Below, one piece after another: positions 37,137-50,164 of a stretch of DNA of 64,000 bases. A program made the translations under genes and the position numbers. Position 1 is the first letter of the stretch, and every line of letters starts with the position of its first letter. A model generated the notes under the pieces. The model saw only the letters and a list, made by a program, of their open reading frames with translations. It was not told where the DNA came from and made no database searches. The stretch is from Macrostomum lignano (Eukaryota). The DNA lies in NCBI GenBank assembly GCA_002269645.1, contig NIVC01000050.1, forward strand, positions 1 to 64,000, given 5' to 3'.

Positions 37137-37554
37137 TCACAGATACTAAAATAGCTAGATGGGCCACTCAGGCATATATAACAGCTTTCTACTTTCAGTT
37201 CAGTAGCAAATAAGAATACATAAGCTATTTTATAAAGAAGGTTCAGAAGCCCAAGCTTGCAGGCGTAAACAGCTTGCTAATTGGTTCAGCAATAATGTAC
37301 ATTGGCCAGTTCACTGAAATGTACATGGCAGCTTTAGGCTGGAATTCCGAGAAAGGCAATAAAAATTGGGGCGGGGCGGGGATGGTGTGGAAAGGCGCGG
37401 TTGGAGGGAGGGTTTAGGCTGGGGGTAAGAGCTAATAAATGAGCCTTGGCTTTAAAAATACATTAAAATGCTTCCGTTTAAATTGCTACTGAACTGAAAG
37501 TAGCTTACACGCAAATGTGCTGAGTGGCCCACCTAGTAATTATAGTATCTGTGA
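37137..37554. mobile_element. ~420-bp MITE-like element with ~75-bp imperfect terminal inverted repeats
   Basis: TCACAGATAC...GGGCCACTCAG...CTACTTTCAGTTCAGTAGCAA on the left is mirrored by TTGCTACTGAACTGAAAGTAG...CTGAGTGGCCC...GTATCTGTGA on the right. No clear TSD. Confidence 0.7.
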
Positions 37555-38084
37555 ATATGATAAAATAGACTATTTTTTAATTGCAGTTGTTACCAGGACT
37601 TCCAGCAGATGTAATACTTGTCGCTAATTATGATGTTTTTTGCTTTCAGAATTATAAAAAAGTACTCGTGTAACATGTAAACACTCCGTCAAATAATTTC
37701 TGTTAATGCGCCAGCTGTACTGTACACATCTTATACTGTTTGCTACATTATTTGTTTGCATAGAAATTTACATACAACTACTTGTACTGCACTGTTGATT
37801 ATGAACAAATCAACTCAAAATCCATGCTTGTTGAATTTTGAATTTCGAATTTTAAATTAATTTTATAATTGAACATTCAAAAAATTGTTAATATAATTAT
37901 TTATTATCTGTTGTTTTCTAAATGGAACTATTTGTTTGTTAATAAATCAAAGTCCCATTGGCGAGTTTTAATAAATCCGCTTGAATCGCTTAGAAAAATG
38001 ATTTTTTCGGTAATTTTATTGCCTTAATTCTTTTAATGAAATGTCATTGATGGACATCTTGACTGTTTACTTACTGTGCTGGCG

Positions 38085-39630
38085 GATCAAAGTCGTGACT
38101 GTTTGAGAGGGTGCTGATGGATCAAAATCGTGACTGTTTGAGAGGGTGCTGATGGATCAAAGTCGTGACTGTTTGAGAGGGTGCTGATGGATCAAAATCG
38201 TGACTGTTTGAGAGGGTGCTGATGGATCAAAATCGTGACTGTTTGAGAGGGTGCTGATGGATCAAAATCGTGACTGTTTGAGAGGGTGCTGATGGATCAA
38301 AATCGTGACTGTTTGAGAGGGTGCTGATGGATCAAAATCGTGACTGTTTGAGAGGGTGCTGATGGATCAAAATCGTGACTGTTTGAGAGGGTGCTGATGG
38401 ATCAAAATCGTGACTGTTTGAGAGGGTGCTGATGGATCAAAATCGTGACTGTTTGAGAGGGTGCTGATGGATCAAAATCGTGACTGTTTGAGAGGGTGCT
38501 GATGGATCAAAATCGTGACTGTTTGAGAGGGTGCTGATGGATCAAAATCATGACTGTTTGAGAGGGTGCTGATGGATCAAAGTCGTGACTGTTTGAGAGG
38601 GTGCTGACGGATCAAAGTCGTGACTGTTTGAGAGGGTGCTGATGGATCAAAGTCGTGACTGATTGAGAGGGTGCTGATGGATCAAAATCGTGACTGTTTG
38701 AGAGGGTGCTGATGGATCAAAGTCGTGACTGTTTGAGAGGGTGCTGACGGATCAAAGTCGTGACTGTTTGAGAGGGTGCTGATGGATCAAAGTCGTGACT
38801 GTTTGAGAGGGTGCTGGCGGATCAAAATCGTGACTGTTTGAGAGGGTGCTGATGGATCAAAGTCGTGACTGTTTGAGAGGGTGCTGATGGATCAAAATCG
38901 TGACTGTTTGAGAGGGTGCTGATGGATCAAAATCGTGACTGTTTGAGAGGGTGCTGATGGATCAAAATCGTGACTGTTTGAGAGGGTGCTGATGGATCAA
39001 AATCGTGACTGTTTGAGAGGGTGCTGATGGATCAAAATCGTGACTGTTTGAGAGGGTGCTGATGGATCAAAATCGTGACTGTTTGAGAGGGTGCTGATGG
39101 ATCAAAATCGTGACTGTTTGAGAGGGTGCTGATGGATCAAAGTCGTGACTGTTTGAGAGGGTGCTGACGGATCAAAGTCGTGACTGTTTGAGAGGGTGCT
39201 GATGGATCAAAGTCGTGACTGATTGAGAGGGTGCTGATGGATCAAAATCGTGACTGTTTGAGAGGGTGCTGATGGATCAAAGTCGTGACTGTTTGAGAGG
39301 GTGCTGACGGATCAAAGTCGTGACTGTTTGAGAGGGTGCTGACGGATCAAAGTCGTGACTGTTTGAGAGGGTGCTGATGGATCAAAGTCGTGACTGTTTG
39401 AGAGGGTGCTGATGGATCAAAGTCGTGACTGTTTGAGAGGGTGCTGACGGATCAAAGTCGTGACTGTTTGAGAGGGTGCTGATGGATCAAAGTCGTGACT
39501 GTTTGAGAGGGTGCTGACGGATTAAAATCGTGACTGTTTGAGAGGGTGCTGATGGATCAAAGTCGTGACTGTTTGAGAGGGTGCTGATGGATCAAAGTCG
39601 TGACTGTGTTGAGAGGGTGCTGATGGATCA
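38085..39630. repeat. 35-bp satellite (GCTGATGGATCAAAATCGTGACTGTTTGAGAGGGT), ~44 copies
   Basis: Period confirmed at 38101 and 38136. Confidence 0.97.
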
Positions 39631-40107
39631 AGATGCTAACAGTTCTTTATGGTACTGACGTGTGAAAATCATGTAATTTCAGAGGCTTCTGGACTAGACA
39701 TGTACATGCAAGTCTGAAAACAATAGAATACATGCAAGTGTAAGTGTTGCATAGGCACACATTTAATTCAGTTAAAAGTATAACTCAATACCCGACTTAA
39801 GAATACTGCAACAGTACTATATACGAGTAGATACCTGCGCGACCTTGTCTATGGCCGTAAGTGTTGCAGCGAATTCAAATTCCTTACTCTGAGCCCCAGA
39901 TGCTGGGACGCAGACTTTTCAACATCTGTTCCAGTTAGGTGACATTTTTATTGAATCCTTGCTTCGTAGAATTGAAATATAAACTGTAGTATTGCGTTGT
40001 CTTTGGGAGTTTATAATAATGTAGGGTTTCCAGTTGTTAACCTGAATATTTTCTACTCTACTATTGAATCAGCTAAACAACTGCAGTCAGAATATAAAGA
40101 CAGACAA

Positions 40108-40605
40108 ATGGAGGACACCATTGCCTATCACCATCAGCAGCAGCAACAGCAGCAGAACACAGCGTTTGTAGCGGCGTCGACCACGGCTCAACAGTCGCTG
40201 TCAGTGGCGGAGACTTCCTCATCATCCGGTGCCGCCGTTGTTTCTCTGTCCTCGGCGTCCTCTGTTCACGCCGCCGCTGCAGCCGCCGCCGCAGCCGCCG
40301 CCGCCGCCGCCGCAGCAACAGCTGCTGCCGCCTCCACGGTGCAGTGCTGCGACTGCCAGCTGTGCCAGGCGCGCGACCTCATGGCCTGGGCGCGGCAGGC
40401 GGCTCGGTCAGGGGCCTACTCGTGCGCCCCCGGCTACGCTGCCGTGATGCTCGCGCCGCCGCAGCAGCCGACCGACGGCCTCTACCCAATGCAGAATCCG
40501 TCCACGGCCGGCCTAGCCGCTGAGATGCAGCATCAGCAGCATCATCAGCATCAGCAGCAGAGCTTGCATCATCTGCAGTTGAATACGCAGCATCAACATC
40601 AGCAT

Positions 40606-40638
<33 letters not shown>

Positions 40639-42900
40639 CACGAACTGTACGATTACAATACGACTATGGCTAGACCAGCTTATCCACAGCACAGCCAGTA
40701 TCAGCCGCAGAGTCATTATCTGCATCAGAATCAGCATCAGAATCAGCAGCAGCATCAGCAACCTCCGCAACTGCTGCAGCAGCAGCAACAGCAGCAGCAG
40801 TGCGGCGACGAATGCAGCTCAACGAGTCCAATCAGTCTGAGCGAACTCTCAGTTGGCTGTCTTACCAGCCTCTCGCAGGCCTCTGGGCCCTCCGTTGAGC
40901 TCGAGTATCCGGCAGCTTACATCTCCGATGATGGTATCGCTCACCTTCGACTCAATAAGCATATCGCACTGGAGGTGTCAGACTATGCTATTCGGATTAT
41001 CAACAACCGGAACAATTCGGCTCTGGCTGTGAGCAGCGCCGCCTCCATTGGCTCGCTGTATCATTACAATTGTCGGGGCTGGTTCGACACCGGAGCTCAA
41101 CGAGTTGCTCTGGCATTCGACCGCGACTGCGAACTCATGCTCCGGGCGCCTAACCGGCCTTCGGTGGTGCGCAAAGGTCGCGAGTATTATCGGGTGACTC
41201 AATCGGGCATCAACTGCGCCAAAGAGGAAACCATCTACATCGCGCACGAGGATCTCACCCATCAGCGTCTGTTCCGACGGAATAGCGACGAGAATTTTCC
41301 ATTACAGGTGCAGGAAATGGTTAAGGGTTCCAAGGTGTGTCGCGACGCCAGCGGAGCAATTAATCGTGAGTAATCTTCTTTCTTACAGTAGCTTCATGCA
41401 TAACTATTCTATGGCGTCATGAACAACCAAAACTACATTTTTATCAGTCGACTTGTGCTCCGTTCGAGCTGAACTCCAAGCAACTGGCGAGCTCAGAGTT
41501 TGGTGGACAGGACCGGACCGTTTCGTCAATCAAATGATTGTGTCGCCAACGTCTGGTGCGTTCACGCTGATTACTAATTCGTTAGAGATTGTTAATACGC
41601 CAAAGTGCGAGGTCACCGTAAAATTCGGCTGCGTCTCCATTCTACTCGGGTGAGATTTGGGGTTTGGAGGTTTTTAAGCACCGATAGCCATGGGGTGTTT
41701 AGTCTTGGAGTTTTATTAGGCACTAATAAGCAATGGGGTGTTGGCTTGGGGCTTAGAGTTTTATTAGGCACTGATAAGCAATGGGGTGTTGGCTTGGGGC
41801 TTGGAGTTTTATTAGGCACTGATAAGCAATGGGGTGTTGGGGCTTGGAGTTTTATTAGGCACCAATAGCAATGGGTGTTGGGGCTTGGAGTTTTATTAGG
41901 CACCAATAGCAATGGGGTGTTGGGGCTTGGAGTTTTATTAGGCACCAATAGCAATGGGTGTTGGGGCTTGGAGTTTTATTAGGCACCAATAGCAATGGGG
42001 TGTTGGGGCTTGGAGTTTTATTAGGCACCAATAGCAATGGGTGTTGGGGCTTGGAGTTTTATTAGGCACCAATAGCAATGGGGTGTTGGGGCTTGGAGTT
42101 TTATTAGGCACCAATAGCAATGGGTGTTGGGGCTTGGAGTTTTATTAGGCACCAATAGCAATGGGGTGTTGGGGCTTGGAGTTTTATTAGGCACCAATAG
42201 CAATGGGTGTTGGGGCTTGGAGTTTTATTGACACTGCAAGCCATAGTGTGGTTATTTATAGGGGCGCTATGAAGTAAAATTGAATTTATTTCTTATACAT
42301 TAGACTGCGCCAACTACAAATGTCAAATGGCGTGAAGAACTGCCTGCTAGACCTCTATCCAATGGACGTTTTCGGCTGGAGCTGCCTCCCTCCAGATTAT
42401 TACACAATGGCTAACGCCTGTCTTCCCCAGCATCATCAGCAGCAGTTGCATCAGCAGCATCATCATTCGTCGGTTGGCAAGCAGCAACACCACCAGCATC
42501 AGTATCATTATCCGCATCATCAGCACCAGCAGCATCACCAGGTGCAAGACCATTTTTAGCTTTCACGGGGATTTGTCTTAAATTTTGTCTCGAAAATCTG
42601 ATTAACTAATCCAACTGACTAAATCACCTTTGCCAACAGTACCAGCTTAGCAATCCGAGTGGCTATTCCACCTACGACGATGGTGAGGACGACGCGCCAG
42701 CTTGGTTTATCAGGCAGCAGCAGGCGAGGCGGTTTGAGCAGCACCACCGATCTCAGCAGCAGCAACAGCAGCAACAGCAGCAACAACAACTTGAAGCAGC
42801 AAGTCTCGACGACGCCAAGACTGCTACCATGACAACAGCAACGGCTACATGCGAGTCAGCCGACGACAACGACGAGGAAGCAACGTCGGAGCTCTGCTGA
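40108..42900 (+). CDS. Uncharacterised ~652-aa protein with poly-Q/A/H arms and a central beta-rich globular domain; exons 40108-41365, 41448-41649, 42304-42541, 42640-42900
   Basis: Long ORF; three GT-AG introns with phases 1, 2, 0 all join in frame. Ordered domain from EYPAAYISDDGIAHLRL to KNCLLDLYP. Confidence 0.8.
41690..42230. repeat. 41/42-bp minisatellite, intronic
   Basis: Direct inspection. Confidence 0.95.
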
Positions 42901-43149
42901 CCGCCGACTTGCCGCGCTGGTGGACGCGAAGGTAAAATAAACGCGCACAAATAGAACGAACCGCTCGATTCTTGTCATCTGATTTTTTAGTATTATTGAA
43001 ATTGATTGACTGAACCGGACTGGTTGATTTTAAACGCTGATTGAATCCGACGATTTAAGAGGGACAGATGAGAGATCTGGCTTAGCAATGAAATGCGTAG
43101 TGCCATTTCACTGACTTGCCGTTTCCTTAAACTCCATCACTCATAATTC

Positions 43150-43820
43150 AATCCTCACCCTCTCTCCGCCCCTGACTCTTCTCTATCTCCGCCCCTGACT
43201 CCTCTTTTCTCTCCGCCCCTGGCTCCTCTTGATCTCCGCCCCTGACTCCTCTTTTCTCTCCGCCCCTGGCTCCTCTTGATCTCCGCCCCTGACTCCTCTT
43301 TTCTCTCCGCCCCTGAATCCTCTCTATCTCCGCCTCTGACTCCTCTCTATCTCCGCCTCTGACTCCTCTCTATCTCCGCCTCTGACTCCCCTTTTCGCTC
43401 CGCCCCTGACTCCTCTCTATCTCCGCCTCTGACTCCTCTCTATCTCCGCCTCTGACTCCCCTTTTCGCTCCGCCCCTGACTCCTCTCTATCTCCGCCCTG
43501 ACTCCTCTCTCTCTCCGCCTCTGACTCCTTTATACCTCCGCCCCTGACTCCTCTCTATCTCCGCCTCTGACTCCCCTTTTCGCTCCGCCCCTGACTCCTC
43601 TCTATCTCCGCCCTGACTCCTCTCTATCTCCGCCCCTGACTCCTCTCTATCTCTGCCCCTGACTCCTTTTTCTCCGCTCCTTATCTCTCTCACTATCCGC
43701 CCCTTATCCTATTCACTATCAGCCCCTTATCCCTCTCACTATCCGCTCCTTATCCCTCTCACTATCCGCCCCTTATCCTATTCACTATCCGCCCCTTACC
43801 CCTCTCACTATCCGCCCTTT
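43150..43820. repeat. ~23-bp pyrimidine-rich minisatellite (CTCCGCCCCTGACTCCTCTCTAT)
   Basis: Direct inspection. Confidence 0.9.
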
Positions 43821-45129
43821 CAACAGCAAATATCTTTGTAAGCAGTTGGTAGAAAAATTAATTGCAAACTCTTTCAATTGCCTCTGGTCGGGCTGTCCAT
43901 TGCTCACAAATTGCCTATTTGTTAGAACAAAGTGCTTTAATATTTGTTTACATATCAAAATGTGTGCCCACTGTAAATTCATACCCAGTACAAGTACTTA
44001 TGAGTGGCAGCTCTCTCCCCCATGCTAAATATTTAATCTGTCTGTGATTTTAATTAGCAAGTACATACTACACGTATTTGCGAGCTAGAAGTTTGTGCGA
44101 ATTCAATTATAAATATAATGATTGTTTCTATTATGGTTAAATAGCCGCGTCTTTGACCTTCTAGTGTCCTTGTTTCGGTAAAAGATTACGATGTACTTTG
44201 AGATTAGACTGGATTGCTAATCTAGCCAATTTGTGAATGAGTAGAATGGATTGCTAATCCAGCCAATAAATCTCTAGAAATGAAAAAGATCTCAACACAC
44301 TTGTTTATCTTCAACAGTTCAAATTATCAACGATGATTGCAGCAGTAATCACAACGCGATAGAAAATTTTCGAATTTGAACTTTTAGATTTATAACAAAA
44401 TTTAAATGATCGTTTTCACATAATTCATGGATGGAAGTGTCATTTTGAATTTTTGCTTCGAACTAACAAATCGCCATTAAAATATTCGAGCTTGCATTTT
44501 AGATAAACGAAAATAATGTCCTTTTTGAATAGACAGTGTCTCTGATTGAGCTTTTTAACAAATTATTAAACACTTTAAAAGAGAATATCATATTTAAAAA
44601 GTTAATATTCTCGTCATCAAATAAAACAATCAATTAATCTATCCAGCATCGTGGCCACTCGTTCAAGTGGACGCAAACGGAACATGTTATAACAAAAAAT
44701 GTTATTATAATCTTTGTTAAAATCGATAATAAGAATGAATTAAGAAATTACACGACAGAAAATATTTACTCTGTACTCGCATAATAAGTTAATCAACTAA
44801 AACACACAAGCTAGCATGAACAAAATCTTTGAGTTTTGCTAAGATTTGCTACTAAAACAGTAGTAAGTAGCGAGTATGACTAATAATGAATATGGATAGC
44901 TGAATTTGTGGCGGCGCCTAAATGTGTTTAAATGGAAGCTGCTGTGTAATGTGTAGCAAACAGCAACAGTATATTGATGTAATAATCCGTATAAATAGGC
45001 AGAATTAGCATTGAATCCGATATTTTTTTCAAATTTGCAAATTGACATGGCTGACTCTTATCGAGCAATGTGCTGCGAACAGAGAGACATGCTGACATTG
45101 GAATTGTGCGCACATGCAGGTGTGAATAT

Positions 45130-46070
45130 CCTATCTATCCCATCTATATCCCTATCTATCCCATCTATATCCCTATCTATCCCATCTATATCCCTATCTA
45201 TCCCATCTATATCCCTATCTATCCCATCTATATCCCTATCTATCCCATCTATATCCTTATCTATCCCATCTATATCCCTATCTATCCCATCTATATCCCA
45301 TTTATCCCATCTATATCCCATTTATCCCATCTATATCCCATTTATCACATCTATATCCCATTTATCACATCTATATCCCATTTATCACATCTATATCCCA
45401 TTTATCACATCTATATCCCATTTATCACATATATGTCCCATTTATCACATCTATATCCCATTTATCACATCTATGTCCCATTTATCGCATCTATATCCCG
45501 TCTATCTTATCAATTTCATCTATCGATCCCAATTTTCCCATCTATCCCATCCATCCTATTTATCTTATGTATCCCATCTATCCCACCTATCCAATATATC
45601 CTATCTATCCAATCTATCCCATCATCTATCCCATCTATCCCATTTATCCTATTTATCCCATCTATTGCATCTATCCCATCTATCCCGTTTATCCGAACTA
45701 TCCCATCTATTCCATCTATTCCATTTATCTCATCCATCTCATTTATCCCAACTATCCCATCTATTCCATCTATTCCATTTATCCCATTTATCCCATTTAT
45801 CCCATTTATCCTATTTATCCCATTAATCCTAACTATTCTATCTATCCCATCTATCTCATATAACCCATTTATCCCATCTATCCCAATTATCCCAACTATC
45901 CCATCTATTCCATCTATTCCATTTGTCCCATCTATCCCAATTATCCCAACTATCCCATCTATTCCATCTATTCCATTTATCCCATCTATCCCATTTATCC
46001 CAACTATTCTATCTATCCCACCTACGAAGTACATCTTAATATCCCATCTATCCCATCTATCCCATCTATT
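45130..46070. repeat. Degenerate ATCCCATCT-based minisatellite
   Basis: Direct inspection; source of the SIPSI/YPIY pseudo-ORFs. Confidence 0.9.
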
Positions 46071-46174
46071 GTTTGGGAATTTAACAATCAAAACTGATTA
46101 TGCAGACAATATTTAAAAAAATCTCCGACTGACTGACAGGGGTTGGTGAGGGCTTCACAAGTCTCAGGACGCGG

Positions 46175-47181
46175 TTATCTACGTCGAAGATCCAGCCGAA
46201 AGATTCTAAGAAAGGTCTTCTTAAACTGAGCGTTAGCCAAGGCGTAGCAGAACGGATTGATGGGGCTGTTCATGTAGCACAGCCAGTAGCCCAGGTTGTA
46301 CAGATGAGGATTGAGGCAGGTGCCTTTGCAGATGCTCCTGATGAGAATGAACACGTGGTAGGGCGTCCAGCAGGCCACGAAGGCGCCGAGGATCAAACTG
46401 ATTGTCTTCAATGCCTTCCGGGCTCGATTCTCCGTTCGCGACTGTTTCTTGGCCAGCTTCAGCGTCTTGCTAGCGGCTCGGCTGCCCACCTGGCGTCGGA
46501 TGCGACGAGTTGCGTCGCGAAGATACCGCGCGACTTGCGACACCGCGGCCACCCGACGGCTGGCTGAGGTTCGAGCCCGGGGTGCCTCCTCATCTGTCTG
46601 ATCCAAGATGGTGAGCTCGCAGCTGTTCCCGCTGGCTGGCAGCTCCACTACCGAAGTCACAATCCGATCGGTCAGGAACGCATCCTCCGTGGTGGCCGTT
46701 GGTGTCGCTGCCGCGGTTGTTTTCGTTGTCTCTGAGTTTCTCCGACAATCGGACGATCGCTGGAAGGACGTTCGACGTTTCCACACCGGCGAAGAGCCGC
46801 CGCGACCGCCCTCCCGTTCACCCGAGTTGAGCTGCTGACGCCACCAACGCTTAGGCAGCAGCTCCACCAGAAGGCGCATCGAGTCGATTGATGGATTCGA
46901 CCGGATGCTGTCCTCGTCGATGTAGCGCAGGCCTTCAAACTGGTCAGACGGGGCGCAGAGCGAGTATGGCGGCGGCTGCTGTTGCTGCTGCTGTTTCTGC
47001 TGTTGTCCGCCCTGACTGTCATCTGGTAGCATCTGGTGCACTGGCACAGCAAAGTGCACGATAGCCAGGCTGCCATTGACGTCTAGGGCCGGGTTCTCGT
47101 AGCTCAGTCCGCTGGCTGTGTGGTAGTCTGAGTCACTGGATGCGTTCATTGGCAACGCCCTGCGCTGTTGTTGTTGTTGCG

Positions 47182-47221
<40 letters not shown>

Positions 47222-48658
47222 TCCATGAAGCTGCTCAGACACCTGCGGTGGAGGCGGCGGAGGCGGAAGCGGCGGCGGCGGTGTCTCCACTAGCACCGGG
47301 CTCTGGATCGCCGAGAGCGGCGGCGCTGTCCTTCCAGTTTTTGCCTGTTGCTGCTTCTGATAATGATGATGCTGCTGTTGTTGCTGCTTCTTCTGCTTTC
47401 GGTGCTGCTTCTGATTGTTCGAAGCCTGGGCCGCGTCTTGGCCGTTGTCCGAGTCGGAAGGCAGCACAGGGGAGCTCGACCGGTCCTCGTCGCCCGAACT
47501 GTTGACGCCTCGGCCAGCGCCGGCGCCTCGCTGCTGCCGCTGCCTCAGCTGCTGCTGCTGCTGCTGGTGCAGCTTCTTGCGCTCCCGTTTCGACATCTTC
47601 CTGTCGCTGCCGGAGAAGCCCGTAGCGCCGGTCGCTTCATCTTTTCTGCTCGACACTGCCGCCTTCCGATTTGACGGCATCAACGGATCGTGCGGGCCGC
47701 CGTCGTCCCCGACGTCGCCGCCACCGACGCCTGCGTGTCCACCGGTGGCACCGGAGGTTGCTGCCGACTCGGACGCGGCTGGCCGACCCGCTGCTCCGCC
47801 GGCGCCGCCACCGCCGCCTCTGCCGCCGTTGCCTCCAGCGCCGCCGCCTCCAGTGGAGGACAAATTAATCAAATTGTTCACCTTCTGGCGTTTGGCCTCG
47901 GACTTTCTGGCCAGCTGGAGCGCTACGCGGTAGATGCCGATGTACAGCCCGATCATCACGGCCAGGGTCACCCAGAAGTAGCAGATGGTCAGCACAGTGT
48001 TGTACACAGGATCCTCCGAGAACTCGGCGAAGCACTCGTTGTCGTTACGTTGGCTGCTGGCAACGTACGGCCAGGCAAAAATCGGCGGCACAAACAGCAG
48101 AGCGGGCAGGACCCAAGTGGCCGCCACCATGACTTGCACCTTTCGCTCTGTTCTCCATTTTCTATACTTGGCGGGTATTTTCACCGAGCAGAATCGGTCA
48201 ACCGTGATGCAGAACACTGTGTACTGCGAGGTCAGACAGGCAGTGTAGTCCAGAGACAGCCACAGGTCGCAGACAATTCTGCCTAGTGGCCACTGGCCCA
48301 GCAACAGGTACAGAGTGTACAGGTTCATGCTGAACATGCCAATTAATAAGTCTGTAATTGCCAACGACGCAATAAAATAATTTGTTGCGCTGCGAAGCTG
48401 GCGTTCAACAAAGAACGCCGTTACCACTAGAAGGTTTCCAACAACGGTAACGAAACTGGCGATGGAGGCTAGCAGGCCCAGAAGTACCATGACAGGTGGA
48501 GAATAATCCGGCTCTCTGGCAGCTCCGGGAGAAGCGATAGTCGTGTTGTTTGCCATCGTAGTTGACATTATCGTTGCTGTTGTTGTCATTGGTGTTGCTG
48601 TTGTTGCGGCTTCGCTAAACGCCAAGTCGATGGCTAGTTTAGCTAATTGCGCTGTCAT
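46175..48658 (-). CDS. mAChR-B: Muscarinic acetylcholine receptor, invertebrate B-type, 827 aa, uninterrupted coding exon (possible N-terminal extension from an acceptor at 48785)
   Basis: 7TM class A aminergic motifs: GNLLVV, SLAITD, WLSLDY (TM3 Asp), ITVDRFCSVKIPAKYR, ENRARKALKTISLILGAFVACWTPYH, LCYMNSPINPFCYALANAQFKKTF. The DRFCSVK and WTPYH variants match recalled invertebrate B-type receptors. Confidence 0.9.
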
Positions 48659-48859
48659 GTTGGCTGCTGTGCTGTTAGCTTGTTGTTGAAGTGTCGTTTC
48701 GAGTTTTAACTCTGCGGGTTCGCGGAGTTTGAGTTGATTGAAGATGCCTGAGCTTGGGCCTGTGCATCCAGACCTTGATACGAGCTAGGTCTCACTAATT
48801 AGAGCAGGAGTTGGTAAACTATTTTTTTTAACTTAAGGGCCAGACGTAGAATCTAGCGT

Positions 48860-49440
48860 AAGAAGAGAGGAGAAAGGAGAGAAGAGGGGAGAGCGGAGAG
48901 AGGAGGGGAGAAGGAGAGAGGAGGGGAGAAGGAGAGAGGAGGGGAGAAGGAGAGAGGAGGGGAGAAGGAGAGAGGAGGGGAGAGAGGAGAGTGGAGGGGA
49001 GAAGGAGAGAGGAGGGTAGAGAGGAGAGTGGAGAGAGAAGGGGAGAGAGGAGAGAAGGGATAGTAGAAGAGATGTGAGAGGAGGGAGAGAGGAGAGAGGA
49101 GGGAAGAGAAGAGAGAGGAGGGGAGAGGAGGGGAGAGCAGAGAGGAGGGGAGAGAGGAGGGGAGAGGAGAGAGGAGGGGAGAGGAGAGAGGAGGGGATCG
49201 AGAGAGGAGACAGGAGTGTAGAGAGGAGAGTGGGAGAGAAGGGGAGAGAGGAGAGGAGGGGAGAGGAGAGAGGAGGGGAGAGAGGAGGGGAGAGGAGGGG
49301 AGAGAGGAGGGGAGAGAGGAGAGAGGAGGGAGAGAGGAGAGAGGAAGGGAGAGAGGAGAGAGGAAGGGGAGAGAGGAGGGGAGAGAGGAGGGGAGAGAGG
49401 AGGGGAGAGGAGAGAGGAGGGGAGAGGGGAAGCGAGAAAG
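48860..49440. repeat. Purine-only GA-rich low-complexity tract
   Basis: Direct inspection. Confidence 0.9.
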
Positions 49441-50164
49441 GAGAGCTGAGAAGAGACACAAACCCTGAGAGGGCCGGATTGCTATTGTGAATTTTCAAAG
49501 CACCCGAGGGCCGGATAGAGAGGCTTCGTGGGCCGGAGTTGGCCGACCCTTAAATTAGAAGGACGTTATGCGCTTACAAGATCATTTATTCTTTACATTA
49601 ATAGTGTAAATCATAGTGTAGATCATAGTGTAGATCAATATGTAAATTACAAGTAGCCATGAAATTCTGGTGGGGTTAAAGTGCTACTGAAGTCAGATTG
49701 TTAAGTTGCATTCTGATAGCTCATACTGACTATTTTTTATACAATCTTTAGCTACTCAAAAGTCCTACCCTACTCAGCAGTAGCAGTAGTAGTAAGTATT
49801 ATATCATCAAATTTTGCAAGCCTAAAAACGGCAAAATTTTCAGCTATAAATAATTCCAGTAGACAGCATCAAGGTCTGCATACGGAAGCCCCTGATTGAT
49901 CCCCCCATTTTCCCTCTGAAAAGAGAAAAATGGAAGAGCACTTTGTTTAATTAAAACAGTATTTTTTCGACTGGCATTTACATTCAGTCGGACAGTCAAT
50001 GCTCCACATTGAATATTGTGGCGCAGGAATGGCCCAATTCAGTTCGTGCGTCTGCATTCGGAGAGAGATTTACAGCATGCACCGTTGTTTATTTTATTGG
50101 CGTATTCAGGGCTAGAGGCTTGTGTCTAACGACATGATGGATGCTTACTAATGATGCTTACTGT

